DNA of 58,686 bases from an uncultured Candidatus Saccharibacteria bacterium (GTDB lineage: Bacteria > Patescibacteriota > Minisyncoccia > Minisyncoccales > JAGOPM01), in assembly GCA_964596325.1 (NCBI GenBank), contig CAZQSQ010000001.1, positions 69,070 through 127,755 on the forward strand, given 5' to 3'. Position numbers and translations under genes: made by a program. Below are positions 54,778 to 58,686 of the stretch, piece after piece (position 1 is the first letter of the stretch; every line of letters begins with the position of its first letter). The notes under the pieces were generated by a model. It was not told the DNA's origin. It searched no databases and worked only from the letters and a program-made list of their open reading frames with translations.

Positions 54778-57700
54778 TTATTTAATAGAAAAATTTACAG
54801 AATTATTTTGAATTGTCTGGGTTTGGGGCTGCCTGAAAGAATCGTTAAATTTGAATTGGAAGGGAAAAGTTTCCAAGTATTTTTTATAAACATCTATGGC
54901 TTGCAATTTCGGCAAAGAACTTTGGTATTGAATGTTAACCTTGCCAGTCTCACCGGACTTATATGTTTTACCCAAAATCACCTCAAACCCACGGGCCGGA
55001 TAGGTAATGGTTTTTAATGCATAAGGATCGGCGAAAAATCCGAAAAATTCGGAAGGATGATATCCGAGTAATTTTGCATCTTGGCACTCGCCGCCAACAT
55101 CGGCATAGCGCTTGGCCTCAAGTAATTTTTGCACCAAACTGGAACCATCGGTATCCGCGGCTTCGAGGACCAAAATTTCTTTATTGTTCTCGCGCATCAT
55201 TGCTTGGATTTGTTCAAAAAACTCATCGGCCGTCACCCTTTCCGCAGTCGGTACATTATATTTAATAACTACAACCTTGGCTTTTAAGACATCGGTCAGC
55301 CAAATAATCCGCCCATAAGCATCTTCCAAAGCCTGGGCCGGATTGTGCAGGCCATCACAAGTAGTATTGGAGGCGCCATCAGAAAGCAAAATAACCAATT
55401 TATTATTCCTGGAACCTTGCAAAGTGTTATAGGCGGCTTTTAAGCCCGAGCATATATTGGTGTTGGACTGATAAGTGCCTTTATAATCAGCGCTGGTAAT
55501 CTTTGAACAATCGGCCTGATTGCCGAAAATTTCTCCCATGGCCCGATCAATGGAAATTTGAACTTGGGGAATATTATTATTTAACTGGCTGGCCATGTAA
55601 GAAAGATTGCAAAAATAAACCAAAGAAGCGCTGTATAAATTAGATTTTTGATTATAAAGGGAAAGGCTGTTGAGGAACTGCCCGATCGAGCGATTGGCGC
55701 TACACAAAGATCCGCTATTAACCATTGTCCCGGAAGTATCGACAACAACGGCGATATCCAAAGGCTGGCTGGCTTGAGTTTTGCATTCTATGGGCACACT
55801 CATTTGCAAACAAGTGCCCTCGCTAAACTTGCTATTTTCTCCCATGGATTGGCCGTCTTTTTCGATTAAATAGTCGCGGCCATCTTTAGCGCTGGTAAAA
55901 ATCGCCTTAGAGGCTAAATCGTTAATAATCGGCCGCTCCAAAACCGCCGGCTCTTTGAATTTCACTTTGTAATTAAATTTATAAGGCGTTTTGGCGCTAA
56001 TCTTAACATTCACAAACCCCGTGGCCGCATTGCCCTGATTAATCGTGGTTACCTGCGAGTTGCCCACCGGCGGATAAACTGGTGAGCCGATAATTTCTAC
56101 GTCGGAGCGCAAAACGTCGTAAACCTGCTTAATGAGCGTTTGGCCCGGGCCAAAACAAGAAACCGCCACCTCGACATCATATTCGTTTTTGCATTTTACG
56201 GGCGTAATAGTTCTCTTGATTTTTGGCTCGCAAGTTTGGCAATCTTGATTGGCAAAACTGCTCGTTTGGTAGAGTGAATAGGCCCGGCCGCCAAACATTA
56301 CTTGCGATTTATCCTGATTGACAGGGATATCGTCTCCGGGCATATCGAAAGCGACACCATATTCATAAGATATGGTTTGGCCGTCCAAGAAGGTTTTATC
56401 CAAGAGATTGAGCTGCAAATATTTCAAACTCCCCCCATTCATCGCTTCCCAATAATTTATCTCGTGGTCAATCCTCTCGGGAATACCTTTAAGCGTTCCG
56501 GGGATATAGCGCGCCGGTAATTTTTTATATACCCGAGCAAGGGAAGTTTTGTAAGCCGAATCGTTTTCATTGAAGGCAAAAAAATAATCGCTGATAGAAA
56601 CGCCATCACAAGCTTTGCCCGCGGGATCTTTGCATTTGATTTCGACTGAAACTTTAGCTTTATTAGAACAATCGGCAAAAGGCGTCACGCTCTTTTTTAT
56701 TTCCACTTCCGGCGCCAGCACGCCCTGCCGGCAATTAAACTCATTGAGGGCATAGCAGGCTTTGTCCCGGCCAAAACCGGCGGTCAATTTATCCATGGCC
56801 AGGGTGGCGGCCATTGTCGTAGTGTTATTGCCCATTATGGTCGGCTTTGCAAATTGCAGGGAATATTTTAACACTTGGGAGGCTTTTTCGGGCAAGGAAT
56901 AAGGCACAAAAAATTTCAGCTTTCTTGAAGCGGCGTCAAAGGAGATATTTTTAGCTTCAAGCTTCTGGTCGCCAAAATACGCCAAAGAGCCTATCTCCCA
57001 ATAAACATATTCGGGCAGCTCCACGGTGGCTGTAAAATCTTTACATTCTTTTCCCAAATTGGCATTGCAGGTAATTTCCAGAGAGGCCTCGGCTTTGGTA
57101 GCGCACTGCTCGAATTTCGAATCAAAACACCTCAGGCCGAGGCTGGGCTTTTGGCCGGAGCAGCTGGCTTCAGAAAGACACTGGTCGTCAAATTCAATGG
57201 GCGAAGGCAGGGCAATCTCACCATTGGGCAAATACAAATTAAGATAAGGCTGCCCCTCGCTCTTCTCAACCGCGCCGATAAAGGCGCCTTGCGCCTTAAG
57301 AGTAAAACACCTCTTCTGCTCCGCCTCGCCAATTTCTTTATTAACCACCCAGGGCATAGCCACATCTGTGCGGTTAATGGAATCATTCCATTTTATTTCC
57401 GCCGTATTGTCATTTTTCATTACGGTCAGACCGTTAAAAATGGAATAATGCGATTGCCAGCCCGCGCACTCGCGGCTGGCCAGCTTGGCATTGGATAATT
57501 CGCCGGGCGCTTTATCAAAGCAAGATCCGGTTTCGCATATCTCAAAAGTGCACGGATCAATATTGCGGCAAGCCGCCGTAACCTGAGTCTGGGGAAGGTA
57601 AAATTCCGGCTGCTTTTCCACGAAACGTTTAGGTACTGTCGGAGTAGTTGCGCAATCGGCATAGGCGTTGGGCGAGCCCGCTTCCTTTTGCAAAATATCG

Positions 57701-58686
57701 CGAATGCGCTCAAAAAGCTCATCGATTTTTTTAATATTATAAAACGCCCCGCCCGAACCAAGCGATAGAGAGGACATCACTTCCCCATCAATACTGATCG
57801 GAGTTAAAAAACTTTTTTTACTCCGCGGGTCGGTATACCAAGCCATTTTGGGCGCCTCCCCGGGTTTGGGCATGGCACCCAAACCAATGGTATAAATTCT
57901 GGTATTATTAGCCTTGGCCAAAGCGGCAATCTGCTTGGCCATACTTATCATCTGGCTGCGATTGGCGCAAAAATAAAAACTTCCTCTCTTGCAAACCAAA
58001 GAGCTGTTTTCATTGCCGTCGGTAAACAAAATAACCACCTTTTGATAACCGTTTTGGCGCGCCACCTGATAAATTGCCCTTTTGGCCGCGTCAAAAAGCG
58101 CGGTGTCGCCTTGCGCCTTTAGGCCGTTGATAGCAGTGCTGACTTTGGTCAAATCGCCGGTCGGCGACAAAATGGTTGTTTTCGTGTCAAAAGAAATCCC
58201 CTCAATGGCGACTTTATCCTGGGAAGAAATCAGTTTGCTGCCAAAATCAACCACATCTAAAAAAGTTAACTTGGCCAAACTGAGCTTATTGTCAAAAGCC
58301 ATGGACCCGGAATTATCAATAGCCATGGCAATAGCTAATTTTTTCTTAGTGCCCTGCGCCACGCACTGTAAGGGATTGAAATTCTTTCCGGCAAAGATGC
58401 TATCCAAATATGTTTTAGCCTCAGGTAAACCGGAAAAATTCTTAGCCCCGCCCACGCTCTGGCCGGCAATTCTGGCCGGATCCTTGCAGGAACTATCGGT
58501 ATAAAAAATCAAAGCGCTTTTTCGCTTGTCAGCGCTGAAGTAACAGCATTGTTTTTCATTGCGGATCGGGCAATAATCCTCTTTGATAGCCACCTCAATT
58601 TTATAATTAGGCCTCAGGGTTGGCGTCAAATTTACGTCTTTAATGAAAACTTTGAACTTGTTATTGACCACATCGCCCCGCCCGCC
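54778..58686 (-). CDS. Large protein with two von Willebrand factor A (vWA) domains; partial, with its 5' end probably beyond the window end.
   Basis: The frame is open to the window edge, and the first in-window Met is at 58671. MIDAS motif 1 is LAIAMAIDNSGSMAFDNK...VVILFTDGNENSS. MIDAS motif 2 is LDIAVVVDTSGTMVNSGS...LVILLSDGASNT. Confidence 0.7.
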   Translation of the reverse strand, partial: GGRGDVVNNKFKVFIKDVNLTPTLRPNYKIEVAIKEDYCPIRNEKQCCYFSADKRKSALIFYTDSSCKDPARIAGQSVGGAKNFSGLPEAKTYLDSIFAGKNFNPLQCVAQGTKKKLAIAMAIDNSGSMAFDNKLSLAKLTFLDVVDFGSKLISSQDKVAIEGISFDTKTTILSPTGDLTKVSTAINGLKAQGDTALFDAAKRAIYQVARQNGYQKVVILFTDGNENSSLVCKRGSFYFCANRSQMISMAKQIAALAKANNTRIYTIGLGAMPKPGEAPKMAWYTDPRSKKSFLTPISIDGEVMSSLSLGSGGAFYNIKKIDELFERIRDILQKEAGSPNAYADCATTPTVPKRFVEKQPEFYLPQTQVTAACRNIDPCTFEICETGSCFDKAPGELSNAKLASRECAGWQSHYSIFNGLTVMKNDNTAEIKWNDSINRTDVAMPWVVNKEIGEAEQKRCFTLKAQGAFIGAVEKSEGQPYLNLYLPNGEIALPSPIEFDDQCLSEASCSGQKPSLGLRCFDSKFEQCATKAEASLEITCNANLGKECKDFTATVELPEYVYWEIGSLAYFGDQKLEAKNISFDAASRKLKFFVPYSLPEKASQVLKYSLQFAKPTIMGNNTTTMAATLAMDKLTAGFGRDKACYALNEFNCRQGVLAPEVEIKKSVTPFADCSNKAKVSVEIKCKDPAGKACDGVSISDYFFAFNENDSAYKTSLARVYKKLPARYIPGTLKGIPERIDHEINYWEAMNGGSLKYLQLNLLDKTFLDGQTISYEYGVAFDMPGDDIPVNQDKSQVMFGGRAYSLYQTSSFANQDCQTCEPKIKRTITPVKCKNEYDVEVAVSCFGPGQTLIKQVYDVLRSDVEIIGSPVYPPVGNSQVTTINQGNAATGFVNVKISAKTPYKFNYKVKFKEPAVLERPIINDLASKAIFTSAKDGRDYLIEKDGQSMGENSKFSEGTCLQMSVPIECKTQASQPLDIAVVVDTSGTMVNSGSLCSANRSIGQFLNSLSLYNQKSNLYSASLVYFCNLSYMASQLNNNIPQVQISIDRAMGEIFGNQADCSKITSADYKGTYQSNTNICSGLKAAYNTLQGSRNNKLVILLSDGASNTTCDGLHNPAQALEDAYGRIIWLTDVLKAKVVVIKYNVPTAERVTADEFFEQIQAMMRENNKEILVLEAADTDGSSLVQKLLEAKRYADVGGECQDAKLLGYHPSEFFGFFADPYALKTITYPARGFEVILGKTYKSGETGKVNIQYQSSLPKLQAIDVYKKYLETFPFQFKFNDSFRQPQTQTIQNNSVNFSIK

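Overview
This 58.7-kb window is moderately AT-rich and densely coding, and almost every gene is on the minus strand. The only plus-strand genes are 10376..10918, 23305..25026 and 34159..34368. Two kinds of genes alternate along it.

(i) Recognisable housekeeping genes:
- NAD salvage: nadE (glutamine-dependent NAD synthetase) and a NadD-like nucleotidyltransferase.
- gatB.
- A tightly overlapping dTMP-supply operon: dCMP deaminase, a T4-gp1-like dNMP kinase, tmk, thyX, glyA and a MazG-like pyrophosphohydrolase.
- secE-nusG-rplK, gyrB and pheS-pheT.
- A flotillin (SPFH) gene.

(ii) Genes for very large secreted or surface proteins:
- A partial tail-fibre-like repeat protein at the left edge.
- An 805-aa Ser/Thr/Gly-rich protein with Cys repeats, and a dockerin-like protein.
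- A ~1600-aa FN3-like protein with a possible C-terminal C39-like Cys-peptidase domain.
- An 1131-aa subtilase-like protein.
- Two tandem paralogous proteins with lytic-transglycosylase (SLT) domains.
- A 2926-aa protein built from more than 15 tandem Cys-rich modules.
- A DUF2233/NAGPA-like protein.
- A protein of at least 1297 aa with two vWA domains, running off the right edge.

Translation signals:
- AAGGAGG-type ribosome-binding sites are common.
- GTG and TTG starts occur.
- TGA is used as a stop, so this is genetic code 11.

Noncoding structure is rich:
- A near-consensus promoter module (ATTGATTTTT-N-TGCTATAATATA) recurs three times.
- A 39-bp perfectly repeated palindromic terminator element flanks the flotillin gene, and a diverged third copy lies nearby.
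- Many hairpin-plus-T-tract terminators are present.

rplK is followed by a terminator and a protease gene, with none of rplA-rplJ-rplL-rpoB. Together with the many giant surface proteins, thyX and the compact operons, this fits a small-genome organism such as a CPR/Patescibacteria-like lineage lacking L1; that is inference only. I found no rRNA, tRNA, CRISPR array, transposase or integrase. The ORF track reports longest ORFs using ATG/GTG/TTG and omits ORFs that run off the window edges.
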